From Candidatus Methylacidiphilales bacterium (GTDB lineage Bacteria; Verrucomicrobiota; Verrucomicrobiia; Methylacidiphilales; JAAUTS01): a stretch of 64,000 nucleotides of DNA. A model generated the notes under the pieces. That model was given only the letters and a program-made list of their open reading frames with translations, made no database searches and was not told the DNA's origin. The translations under genes and the position numbers were made by a program. Positions within the stretch are counted from its first letter, which is position 1. Each line of letters starts with the position of its first letter. The stretch spans positions 384-64,383 of the forward strand of contig JBBSCO010000010.1 of NCBI GenBank assembly GCA_038250235.1, in the 5' to 3' direction. Of the stretch, positions 35,831 to 44,130 are shown in pieces.

Positions 35831-36298
35831 ATGGCCGATCTTTTTACTTTGGGTTACGAGGGCACAGATGTTCAGAAATTCATCAAAGTGCTTAACGCTC
35901 GTAAAATGGATACTTTGGTGGATGTCCGTGACGTGCCTGTCAGCCGGAAGCCCGGATTTTCTAAAAATTCATTAGACGCGGCCTGTGAAGCTGCGGGTAT
36001 TAACTACGAACACTGGCCATTGCTTGGTTGCCCCAAACCGATCCGGGAAGAATATCGTCAGGATGGAGATTGGGCCAAATATACCCGCCGTTACAAAAAA
36101 CACCTCCTGACCATTGAGAATACTTTGGAAGATCTTTCGAGCAGAACGTTAAAAAAGCGTATCTGCCTGGTTTGTTTTGAGGCCGATCCCCGGTTTTGCC
36201 ATCGCAGCTACATTGCGGAAGCCGTGCAGGAATTGTTGCCGGGGACAGTTGAGTTGGTCCACCTCACATCAACAGGTCTAACTGCCGTGCCTGGCTGA
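35831..36298 (+). CDS. DUF488 family protein
   Basis: LFTLGYEG, LVDVRDVPVSRKPGFSK and CLVCFEADPRFCHRSYIAE are DUF488 signatures. Confidence 0.8.
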   Translation: MADLFTLGYEGTDVQKFIKVLNARKMDTLVDVRDVPVSRKPGFSKNSLDAACEAAGINYEHWPLLGCPKPIREEYRQDGDWAKYTRRYKKHLLTIENTLEDLSSRTLKKRICLVCFEADPRFCHRSYIAEAVQELLPGTVELVHLTSTGLTAVPG

Positions 36299-37085
36299 TA
36301 TCCGGCTTGGGTGGGTAGTAGAACGCGACGATCAGCCATTGATCCGGGAATCGATGCATGGTTCCGAGTAAAAACAGAATATTTTTGTTTTTGAACTCGA
36401 TCTCAAGTTTTTCGCGGAAGGGTTTCTCCCAGTTTTTACCGTGGCTGCGCTGGCAATTCCAGTAAAGAGCACCAGCTTCCCAGTCGGTAATTTTATGCTT
36501 CCAAGTCGTGATGATACCTTTTTCATCCTTGCACTCATATCGATAGTAGAAGTCGTGGGGAAGTTTGCGCAGCATGACTTTATCTCGTGCTTCCTTGGAG
36601 TCGAAGAGTCCATCCTGATGCACCAATTTCTGTTTTTCTTCTTCGGTCCAGTCGGGTTGATCCGAATCAGAAATTTCCAATTCCAGCAACCGGGTCGGTT
36701 GGATGAAACCGAAGCTGGCCCCCTTTTCCTGACGGTGTTTTTCGAGAATATCTGGAGAGGAGTAAATATGGCCATTAATCCACTCCAGTCTTCGATTCCA
36801 GCCGTTACTGGTGGGGATGATGGCGTCCGGCACAATGGAGTCACGGTCAATGGTATGGCTTTCAGGTCTGTGATCTTTAGATGCCTTGTGGATACGGGCA
36901 GTGATCCACTGCCATTTGGAAAACTTCTGGTCGCCCTGCAGGTAACGATAAGGCAAAGGAAAAAGCCGTCTGAATTCCCGGTTTTTATTGATGGCCGCGA
37001 CACAGGTGATTTCCCTGTGGCTTGCGCTGGGATTGGGATAAGTCTTGGCCAAGATCAAGAGTTCTTCCAAGTGACCAACGGGCAT
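36264..37085 (-). CDS. Hypothetical 273-aa protein, no family recognised
   Basis: It is a long clean ORF in an AT-richer region. Its 3' end overlaps the DUF488 3' end by 35 bp (convergent). Confidence 0.5.
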   Translation of the reverse strand: MPVGHLEELLILAKTYPNPSASHREITCVAAINKNREFRRLFPLPYRYLQGDQKFSKWQWITARIHKASKDHRPESHTIDRDSIVPDAIIPTSNGWNRRLEWINGHIYSSPDILEKHRQEKGASFGFIQPTRLLELEISDSDQPDWTEEEKQKLVHQDGLFDSKEARDKVMLRKLPHDFYYRYECKDEKGIITTWKHKITDWEAGALYWNCQRSHGKNWEKPFREKLEIEFKNKNILFLLGTMHRFPDQWLIVAFYYPPKPDISQARQLDLLM

Positions 37086-37135
37086 GTATGATAGTGGAAC
37101 CGTAAGATTTAAAAATCAAGCCTCTGCGTTAGTGC

Positions 37136-37255
37136 AATTTGACGGGGTTAATTCTCAATTCTCAAGGCTTTTTCAGTTGCTTGGTGTTCAGCCCACTCAT
37201 GCGGCAGTGTTCCTGAAAACGTGGATTTTAAGAGTTCGCGGGTCTTTCTGATTGT
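37136..37255. repeat. Direct repeat R-b (right copy of 35208..35385)
   Basis: See R-a. On the minus strand it contains only the last codons of the XRE-like frame (IRKTRELLK). Confidence 0.75.
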
Positions 37256-37283
37256 ATGAATATCAGAAGTAGGCCAGGAAAAA

Positions 37284-37480
37284 GAAGCCCATCAATAAGC
37301 CCCAGGAAAGGGGATTTAATGTCAGAGGCGGACGACACATGGGTCGTCCCTCGGCCTCTTTTCGGAGGGACGACCTCTGTGTCGTCCGGGGGGAGGGGGG
37401 AAGCGGCCCGGACGGAGCCGGGCCCTCCAAATCGGAACGGCTTGCCCCGTCTAGTGTCCTGAAGGTCGCGCAGGGCTTTT
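37284..37480. repeat. 197-bp triple-hairpin repeat, copy 1
   Basis: It is near-identical to 37837..38034. It contains GGACGAC-N6-GTCGTCC twice and GGCCCGG-N6-CCGGGCC once. Confidence 0.85.
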
Positions 37481-37555
37481 GTCATTTGTTCGGAAGGCAA
37501 CACAGCCATATTACGGATCAGTTTGTGGTGATCAACGCTGGAAAGATCTTAAATT

Positions 37556-37738
37556 TTGCGGCTGGTGCCGATTCCCTATCTCATCGCGCTCAAATTGTAT
37601 GCGGGAGGACATGAGTCCAAAGCCGATATTATCGAACTGATACTGCGCAACCCGGAACTGGATCTGGAGGCGTTGAAAACGTTGTGCGCGGGCTACGACC
37701 TTGCCGGGATAGACGAACTGATCAAAGAGGCGGGTTGA
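37556..37738 (+). pseudogene. C-terminal fragment of a nucleotidyltransferase-fold (AbiEii/MNT-like) protein (tentative)
   Basis: VPIPYLIALKLYAGGHESKADIIELILRN resembles the C-terminal region of such proteins. Only 60 codons are present, with no catalytic N-terminal part. Confidence 0.3.
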
Positions 37739-37836
37739 CGACCGCCCGGACGAAAGGAAGGACCAGAGGCAGGATGCCTCTGGCAGCGGGCAAGATGCCC
37801 GCGCTCCTTGGGGATTTGGAAGGGGAAATCTTTAAC

Positions 37837-38034
37837 GAAGCCCATCAGTAAGCCCCAGAAAAAGAGATTTAATGTCAGAGGCGGACGACACATGTGTCGT
37901 CTCTTCGCCTCTTCTCGGAGGGACGACCTCCGTGTCGTCCGGGGCGAGGGGGGAAGCGGCCCGGACAGAGCCGGGCCCTCCAAATCGGAACGGCTTGCCC
38001 CGTCTAGTGTCCTGAAGGTCGCGCAGGGCTTTTT
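37837..38034. repeat. 197-bp triple-hairpin repeat, copy 2
   Basis: See 37284..37480. It is in the same orientation, 553 bp downstream. Confidence 0.85.
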
Positions 38035-38269
38035 TGGAAGAAGAAATTTACAACGAAACTGGGTTAGCCGCGAAAAGGCGTAAAAGGGATAGAGATGTAA
38101 TTACTTGTTATAAATAGGCAGTTTTGTGCTTTTTTGTAACGAAAGTTTTCCGTGAGTTGTTCGAAGGAAAAAGAAGCGGCCCGGACAGAGCCAGGCCCTC
38201 CGATTATTAGTCTGACATTGGGAACCGCGATCCGGAGATCGCGGCTACAACTTGCAGACTTAAAATACG

Positions 38270-39046
38270 TCACCCTGTGACGGGCGGCTCCTGCAGCCGA
38301 TTGAATCCCATAAAATCCCCGCCCCGCAGGAGGATGCCCGCGTGGCCTGGGTGCAGGGGCGGGCCGTCCTGTTTGATGCGGACGATGGGCAGGGTGACGC
38401 GCATGGACATGCCCATGCGGCGACGGTTGGAGCGGTTCGGCTCGGAGTGGTGCAACAGTTTCTCGTTAAAGAGAAAGAACTGGCCGGGTTTCAACTCCAT
38501 GTTGATGAGGTTGTCTTTTTTGAAGTATTTTTCGTCGGCTTCTTCGCCAAAGGCCATACCGTCCTTGGCCGGGATGTGGGGAACGACGTGTTTGTGTGAT
38601 TTGGGCAGGATCTGGACGCAGGAGTTGTCGATTTTGACATCATGAATCGCGATCCAGGCCGAGATGTTGATGATGGGTTCCAGAGGCCAGTAGTTCTGAT
38701 CCTGGTGCCAGGGGATTTCTTTGCCGCCCGGTTCTTTGTTGAAAAAGTTGGTGGCCCAGAGAATCAGATCCGATCCATAGAGACATTCCATGCGGTCGAT
38801 GATGGCCTGGCTGTTGGCCAGGTCGAAAACCACGCGTGAATCCATGTGTCGGGATTGGAGCGTTGTATTGGGATTGGGGCCGGGACTGTTGATGACCTGG
38901 GTGTCGATGTGCTGGCGGATGTCGGCCATCTCTTCCTGGCTGACGGCGGCGAAAGGTCCGAGATAGCCTTCCTCGTGGAAGAAAAGGACTTCGGCAGGGC
39001 TGAGGGCGGATTTGGTTAGAGTTGCGATGGCGGTTTGGGTCATCAT
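38270..39046 (-). CDS. Phytanoyl-CoA dioxygenase (PhyH) family Fe(II)/2-oxoglutarate oxygenase
   Basis: IPWHQDQNYW (the HxD iron ligands) and a distal His in LLHHSEPN. The protein is 258 aa. Confidence 0.85.
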   Translation of the reverse strand: MMTQTAIATLTKSALSPAEVLFFHEEGYLGPFAAVSQEEMADIRQHIDTQVINSPGPNPNTTLQSRHMDSRVVFDLANSQAIIDRMECLYGSDLILWATNFFNKEPGGKEIPWHQDQNYWPLEPIINISAWIAIHDVKIDNSCVQILPKSHKHVVPHIPAKDGMAFGEEADEKYFKKDNLINMELKPGQFFLFNEKLLHHSEPNRSNRRRMGMSMRVTLPIVRIKQDGPPLHPGHAGILLRGGDFMGFNRLQEPPVTG

Positions 39047-39052
39047 GGGATT

Positions 39053-39088
39053 GTTTTCAGGTTTTTAGTTTCAAGTTTTGGGTTGAAC
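39053..39088. repeat. Heptamer tandem repeats (GTTTTGR family) directly upstream of the PhyH start
   Basis: The sequence reads gttttca g gttttta gtttcaa gttttgg gttgaac. Confidence 0.7.
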
Positions 39089-39192
39089 GGGTGATTTGTT
39101 TTCGGGAACTCTTAAGTTCTTTATTCATCCTAGTGATAAAATCTAATGGTAACATGGCTCGAAAAGCGTATTGTTTGCATTGAACCGGTGAT

Positions 39193-40035
39193 ATGAAGAT
39201 CCAATTGCCTTTACCCTGCCTTCAGAGTTGGCTGCTTGTTCTGTATCAGCAAGCGCCTTCGTTGAAATTTGATCTACGGGGTGTGCCTGGCAAGATGCGG
39301 ATACCCAGGCAGTGGCAGGTTCGGTTGGGGCCTCAGCGCGAACACCTGCTTTATTACGTGGTGGAAGGGGGATTTGAAGCGGAGATTGGCGACAGGTTTC
39401 TGACGATCCGGAGCGGGGATCTTCTTTGGATGGCGCCGGGAACTCCTTTTTATTTCCGCCTTCCACCTGGACAGGGTCTTGTTATCAACCGCTTCCGGCT
39501 GATGGCGTCCGGATTGGAACATCCGAAGGGTTCCAGTCATTTTCTTTATCCCGGAGCTTGGAGCGCCCAGGTCTGGATGGAGCAGATCATCCAGGAGCTT
39601 GGGGAGAAAGATCCGTATCAGCGGGAACGTTTAAAGTCATTGCTGATTTGTCTGATCATTGAGTTGGCGCGTCTCTCCGGGGGGCCGCCCAGAGAGGGGT
39701 CCGGATTTACCCGGCAGCAAAGACAGCAGATTCTTCAGTTCTCGACACAGCATGTGAAAACCCGACTGGAGCCCGCGCAGTTGGCGTCGCATCTGGGTTT
39801 GTCCCACGATTATTTTACTCGGTTGTTCCGGCGCAGTTTTCAGATGCCACCCCGTCGATGGCTGATGGAACAACGGATAAGGCAGGCCGCGCTGCGTCTT
39901 CTCGAATCCACGCTGAATGTCTCCCAGGTGGCGGAAGAGTTTGGCTATCAGGATGTGTTTCTCTTCAGCCGACAATTTAAAGCGGTGCTGGGGGTTTCGC
40001 CATTGGGATATAGGAGGAGGGGGCAGGGAGGTTGA
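39193..40035 (+). CDS. AraC family transcriptional regulator (cupin plus HTH)
   Basis: The C-terminus has the double HTH LSHDYFTRLFRRSF...VSQVAEEFGYQDVFLFSRQFKAVLGVSP. Confidence 0.85.
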   Translation: MKIQLPLPCLQSWLLVLYQQAPSLKFDLRGVPGKMRIPRQWQVRLGPQREHLLYYVVEGGFEAEIGDRFLTIRSGDLLWMAPGTPFYFRLPPGQGLVINRFRLMASGLEHPKGSSHFLYPGAWSAQVWMEQIIQELGEKDPYQRERLKSLLICLIIELARLSGGPPREGSGFTRQQRQQILQFSTQHVKTRLEPAQLASHLGLSHDYFTRLFRRSFQMPPRRWLMEQRIRQAALRLLESTLNVSQVAEEFGYQDVFLFSRQFKAVLGVSPLGYRRRGQGG

Positions 40036-40058
40036 ATGTTGAATTTTGAATGGGTAAT
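40031..40058. repeat. Heptamer tandem repeats (GTTGAAT variant) overlapping the AraC stop
   Basis: The sequence reads gttgaat gttgaat tttgaat gggtaat. Confidence 0.65.
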
Positions 40059-40230
40059 GCGGAAACGAAACGGCCCGGTTGGAGCCGGAACCGCCGATTA
40101 TGAACGCGCCATTGGGAACCGAGGCTCGGAGGTCTCGGCGACAAGGAGAGGTGAAAAACACACACTTCTTGGGATGGATTCTTTATTCTAAATGACTTCC
40201 GGGTTGGTCATTGGGAGAAGCCAAAGAAAC

Positions 40231-40250
40231 GGCCCGGACGAAGCCGGGCC
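40231..40250. terminator. Probable bidirectional intrinsic terminator between convergent araC-type and rsgA genes
   Basis: GGCCCGG-acgaag-CCGGGCC is flanked by aaagaaac upstream and ctttattt downstream. Confidence 0.5.
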
Positions 40251-40284
40251 CTTTATTTAATCGGCGGGACGTGATCTGTCTTGT

Positions 40285-41412
40285 TTACCGTTTCTTCCTG
40301 GGTTCGTGGATGCGGTCGGGATCGGGATTTTGGCGGTCGGCGTAGTATTTGGCGGCACTGTTCTGTTCGCGGCGCTCGCGACGGTCGATGGTCATCTGCC
40401 TTTTCTTCCGGCTTTGTTTGAGTTCGGCCACTTCTTTTCCCAAAGACAAATAGGCATCGAACCGGGCTTTGTCCAAGAGGCCTGCATCGACCGCTGCCTG
40501 GATGGCGCAACCGGCGTTGCTGCCGTGTTTGCAGTTGCCGAATTTGCAACGTAATGAAAGTTCTTCCAGATCCGGAAATCTCTCGCGCAGGGAATGTTCA
40601 TCCGTCCAGAGATGAACTTCCCGGATTCCGGGATTGTCGATAATGATACCTCCCTTGGGAAGAATCATCAGTTCACGGGCCGTGGTGGTGTGGCGGCCCT
40701 TGCCTGTCAGTTCGTTGACTTCTTCCGTCCATTGATAGTCGTCGCCAAACAGTTTGTTGATGACGGAGGACTTGCCGACCCCGGATGAGCCGATCAGGGA
40801 AACGGTGATGCCTTCTTTCAGATGATCCTTGAGAGCCTTCAATCCACCCCGTTTCGTCGCGCTGGTGATGTGGACTTCAGCGGTAGGATTGAGGGCCTGG
40901 ATTTCGCGGGCGGCCTGCTCGTTCTGCTCCCCGGGAAAAAGATCCGACTTGTTGACCAGAACCACGGCTTTGGCCCCGCTGCGGCCAATGATGGCGAAAT
41001 AACGTTCCATGCGGCGGAGATTGAAGTCGGGGCCTGATTCGGTGACCACCACCACCACGTCGATATTGGCGGCAATGACCTGTTCTTCCGTGCCGCGTCC
41101 GGGGGTCTTGCGCGAAAGACTGTTCTGGCGGGGAAGGCGCGCTTTGATGACATGGATGGGATTGTGATCGGCTTTGCTGACGTCCAGGGCGACCCAATCA
41201 CCGACTGCCGGGAGATCAGCATCGGTCGCGGCATCGTGATAAAGTTTGCCGCTCATGACGGCTTCGTATTGTTCGCCATCCGCCACCAGGGCTCCGTAGG
41301 TGATCTTGTTGTCGCGGATCAGGCGGGCAGGCTGCCAGCCCTGTGAGGCATAGGGTTTGAAGGCCCCGGCAAAAGCCGTGTTCCATCCCATTTTTTCGAG
41401 AGTCATGGCCAT
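40285..41412 (-). CDS. rsgA: Ribosome small-subunit-dependent GTPase A
   Basis: Circularly permuted GTPase motifs VLVNKSDL, GSSGVGKSSVINKL and GRHTTT, plus a C-terminal Cys/His zinc motif. The start was taken at MAMTLEKMGW. Confidence 0.9.
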   Translation of the reverse strand: MAMTLEKMGWNTAFAGAFKPYASQGWQPARLIRDNKITYGALVADGEQYEAVMSGKLYHDAATDADLPAVGDWVALDVSKADHNPIHVIKARLPRQNSLSRKTPGRGTEEQVIAANIDVVVVVTESGPDFNLRRMERYFAIIGRSGAKAVVLVNKSDLFPGEQNEQAAREIQALNPTAEVHITSATKRGGLKALKDHLKEGITVSLIGSSGVGKSSVINKLFGDDYQWTEEVNELTGKGRHTTTARELMILPKGGIIIDNPGIREVHLWTDEHSLRERFPDLEELSLRCKFGNCKHGSNAGCAIQAAVDAGLLDKARFDAYLSLGKEVAELKQSRKKRQMTIDRRERREQNSAAKYYADRQNPDPDRIHEPRKKR

Positions 41413-41658
41413 GCGGTTAGCTGAAGAGAATCCCAGTTGGGAGGGTATCGGGCAAGACTGAAAGGGTGGGAGTAGAGACAGGAAAATTTTATCGCAAAGG
41501 GTTAAAGCCGCCAAGGCGCCAGAGATACAAGAGGATAAACTTATGTTTTCGTCTGGATGAACAACCTTGCGTTCGTTAGCAACCTGGCATTAAAAACACC
41601 GTGATAGTTCTTTTTCACAATGTCGATTGGCAGCAAGGTTTGATTGGCAGAGGCTCGC

Positions 41659-42876
41659 CTAGGTTTTTCTGCCGTTCAGAAAAAACATTTCTGCCGGGCC
41701 GAGACGTTTGACCGGAATGGAGCCACGGGCCTCCCAGAGATAATGGTCGCTGACCCGGCTCTGCACGTCGGCGGAAACATTGATGCGTCCGGGTTCGCTG
41801 CTGGATTCCATGCGGCTGGCGAAATTGACCGTGGCGCCCCAGACATCGTAGCTGAACTTCTGTTTTCCGATGACGCCCGCCATCAGGGGGCCTACATGGA
41901 TGCCGGTGCGCATCTGCCAGCCTTCCGGCCCGAAGGATTCGGAGATTCTGCGGGCGGAATCTGCGATTTCGAGGGCTGCGTTGCAGGCGGCGGCAACGGG
42001 ATTGCTGTGGGGTTCCGGAACACCAGCCACGGCCATGTAGGAATCACCGATGGTTTTGATTTTTTCCAGGCCGTGCAGGGAAATGATCCGGTCGAACTCT
42101 GTGAAATAAAGATCCAGCCTGCGGATGACTTCTGCGGGGGGAAGCATCGCGGAGGACTGGCTGAAGCGGACAAAGTCGGTGAAAAGAACTGCGGTATCCT
42201 GAAAATGGACGGGTTCCACATAGCCGTTCAATTTGAGTTCGCTGGCAACCTGGTGGGGTAGAATACCGTGGAGGAGACGGACATTCTCGGCCAGGGTCTT
42301 TTTGAGCACGCCTTCAAAATAGTTGAACATTCCGTTCTGGTAGGTCCGGCTTTGCTCCAGGAGCAGTGTGTCGGCCTCGGATGCGATTTCGGGAAGCAAT
42401 TCCTGAACGGATTTGCGCATCACTTCGCGCATGATGCTTTCGGAATCGAGAAAAAAGGAGGCCGTAAAACCCAGGCTCTCGTAGTCGAAGCTGCCGAAGG
42501 CTTCACGCATTTTGTTTAAAAACCGCTCTGAACTTTCGTTGGTTCCATCGCGCAGATCAAGAAGACGGTAAAAGAACACCCGGTCGTAGGTCAGAAAGGC
42601 GGCGTCTTCGTAGGAGAAGTCGTGGCGACTCTCGCACCAGCGGAAGAAGAGATTGTAGGGAACCTGGGGGCTGTTCTTGCCCAGCTTGAATTCCTGCCGT
42701 AGGGCGAGGGCCATATCGACCAGGATCTGGCGGACGGGCAGGTCCTTGAAAACCTCGTGCAGGACTTCGTCCGGCTTTTTCGCTTCTGCTTCCAGGTGCA
42801 GAAGAAAAAAATCCGCAAGCAAATGCGAGACCTTTTGACGGGTTTCGGGTTTATGCGAAAGGATACCTTTTGTCAT
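41659..42876 (-). CDS. Class III adenylate/guanylate cyclase with an unknown N-terminal domain
   Basis: AVLFTDFVRFS, KTIGDSYMAVAGVP, GIHVGPLMAGVIG and DVWGATVNFASRMES are present. Confidence 0.85.
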   Translation of the reverse strand: MTKGILSHKPETRQKVSHLLADFFLLHLEAEAKKPDEVLHEVFKDLPVRQILVDMALALRQEFKLGKNSPQVPYNLFFRWCESRHDFSYEDAAFLTYDRVFFYRLLDLRDGTNESSERFLNKMREAFGSFDYESLGFTASFFLDSESIMREVMRKSVQELLPEIASEADTLLLEQSRTYQNGMFNYFEGVLKKTLAENVRLLHGILPHQVASELKLNGYVEPVHFQDTAVLFTDFVRFSQSSAMLPPAEVIRRLDLYFTEFDRIISLHGLEKIKTIGDSYMAVAGVPEPHSNPVAAACNAALEIADSARRISESFGPEGWQMRTGIHVGPLMAGVIGKQKFSYDVWGATVNFASRMESSSEPGRINVSADVQSRVSDHYLWEARGSIPVKRLGPAEMFFLNGRKT

Positions 42877-43004
42877 GGTGACGAGACAGAAGAGTTGCTC
42901 AGGCGGCGGCCAGGGTGAGAAGAATGTTGCCCTTGGCGGCCTGGGGTGTAGAGAGAATGCTCATGGAGAGTGGTTTGGCCTATCTGCCAAAAAAAGCAAT
43001 CAAG

Positions 43005-43871
43005 ATGACTAAACGCAAATCAGACGAACGGGGCCGCGCCGACCATGGCTGGCTTGACTCCTACCATACTTTCAGCCTCGGGGAATATCATGATCAAGAT
43101 TGAATGGGCTTCCGCAGCCTCCGCGTGATCAATGAAGACAGGGTTTCTCCGAGTCAAGGCTTTGGAACGCATGGGCACAAGGACATGGAAATTATCACTT
43201 ACTAATAGATCCGTGGGATAGACTACAGGCTCAACCCGCAGGGCGGGGGAGCTTTTGCCCCTGGCCGGTGTTGCTCCCCGCTCACAGCCCTCTGCGGGGA
43301 TGCCCGCTCCCCGCGCCTTGGCCAGAAACAAAATCTCCCGCCGCGACTGTAGTCTATCCCACGGATCTATTAATATGTTCTGAGCGGGCAGTTGAAACAC
43401 AAGGACTCGATAGGAAATGGCCGTATCATCCAGACCGGTGATGTGCAATACATGGCCGCCGGCACTGGGGTCCGCCATAGCGAATTCAATCCTTCCAGGG
43501 AGAAGAAGGCTCATTTTCTCCAGACCTGGATCAAGCCGGATCAGCTGGGAGCCACCCCCCGTTATGCCGGGCAATCCTTCAAGAATGCGGACAGTGGAAA
43601 GCTTCATCTGGTGACCAGCAAAACGGGCCGGGAGGGGTCAATCGCCATCAATCAGGATGCGGATCTCTGGCTGGCCAAACTGGAAAGTGGTGCCAGGGAC
43701 GACCATACGCTGAAAGCCGGACGCCACGCCTGGGTGCAGGTGGCGGAAGGTGAAATCACCCTGAACGGAACGAAATTTTCCGCCGGCGATGCTGCGGCGG
43801 TATCGGAAGAAACGGATCTGGAATTGCGTGCCGACGAAAAATCGCAGGTGCTGCTCTTTGATCTCAACTGA
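43005..43871 (+). pseudogene. Pirin (quercetinase-like cupin) gene with an in-frame TGA and a 174-bp insertion
   Basis: [14 protein letters not shown]...[TGA 43101][29 protein letters not shown][insertion 43203..43376]VLSGQLKHKDSIGNG..DVQYMAAGTGVRHSEFN. All parts are in one frame. Confidence 0.8.
43203..43372. mobile_element. MITE-like element with perfect 26-bp terminal inverted repeats
   Basis: taatagatccgtgggatagactacag lies at 43203..43228. Its exact reverse complement lies at 43347..43372. The GC-rich interior is non-coding. The element interrupts the conserved pirin motif MEIITY/VLSG. Confidence 0.75.
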
Positions 43872-43959
43872 GTGTGCGGCCAAGTTATTCTTGTAACTTT
43901 GCGTTTACGCCTTTCCAAAGCGGGCGTCACCAGCAATTTCCATTCAGTTGGTGGAACGC

Positions 43960-44130
43960 TTACAGTTTTTTTCGGGAATTTTTGAGCTCTGCCATCAGTT
44001 CGTCATAGGCAACGCGTTCCTCTTTGGATTTGGCGCCCTTCTTGTAAACCTTGGCCAGAAGGATCATGACCTTGAGAAGCTTGCGTTTTTCTTTCTGGAC
44101 GACAGAACGTTTGAGCTCGGCATGTTTCAT
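43960..44130 (-). CDS. Possible 56-aa lysine-rich protein
   Basis: ATG-initiated ORF MKHAELKRSVVQKEKRKLLKVMILLAKVYKKGAKSKEERVAYDELMAELKNSRKKL. It is below the ORF-track cutoff, and no family was recognised. Confidence 0.25.
   Translation of the reverse strand: MKHAELKRSVVQKEKRKLLKVMILLAKVYKKGAKSKEERVAYDELMAELKNSRKKL

Noticed and set aside
43101-43103. In-frame TGA in pirin as a selenocysteine or read-through codon
   Set aside because: No cysteine or selenocysteine is expected at this position in pirins. No SECIS-like hairpin follows. The same gene is additionally destroyed by the MITE, so a nonsense mutation in a pseudogene is the simpler reading.
43020-43607. 195-aa minus-strand ORF
   Set aside because: It spans the MITE and the antisense of both pirin halves, and it exists only because of the GC-rich insert.
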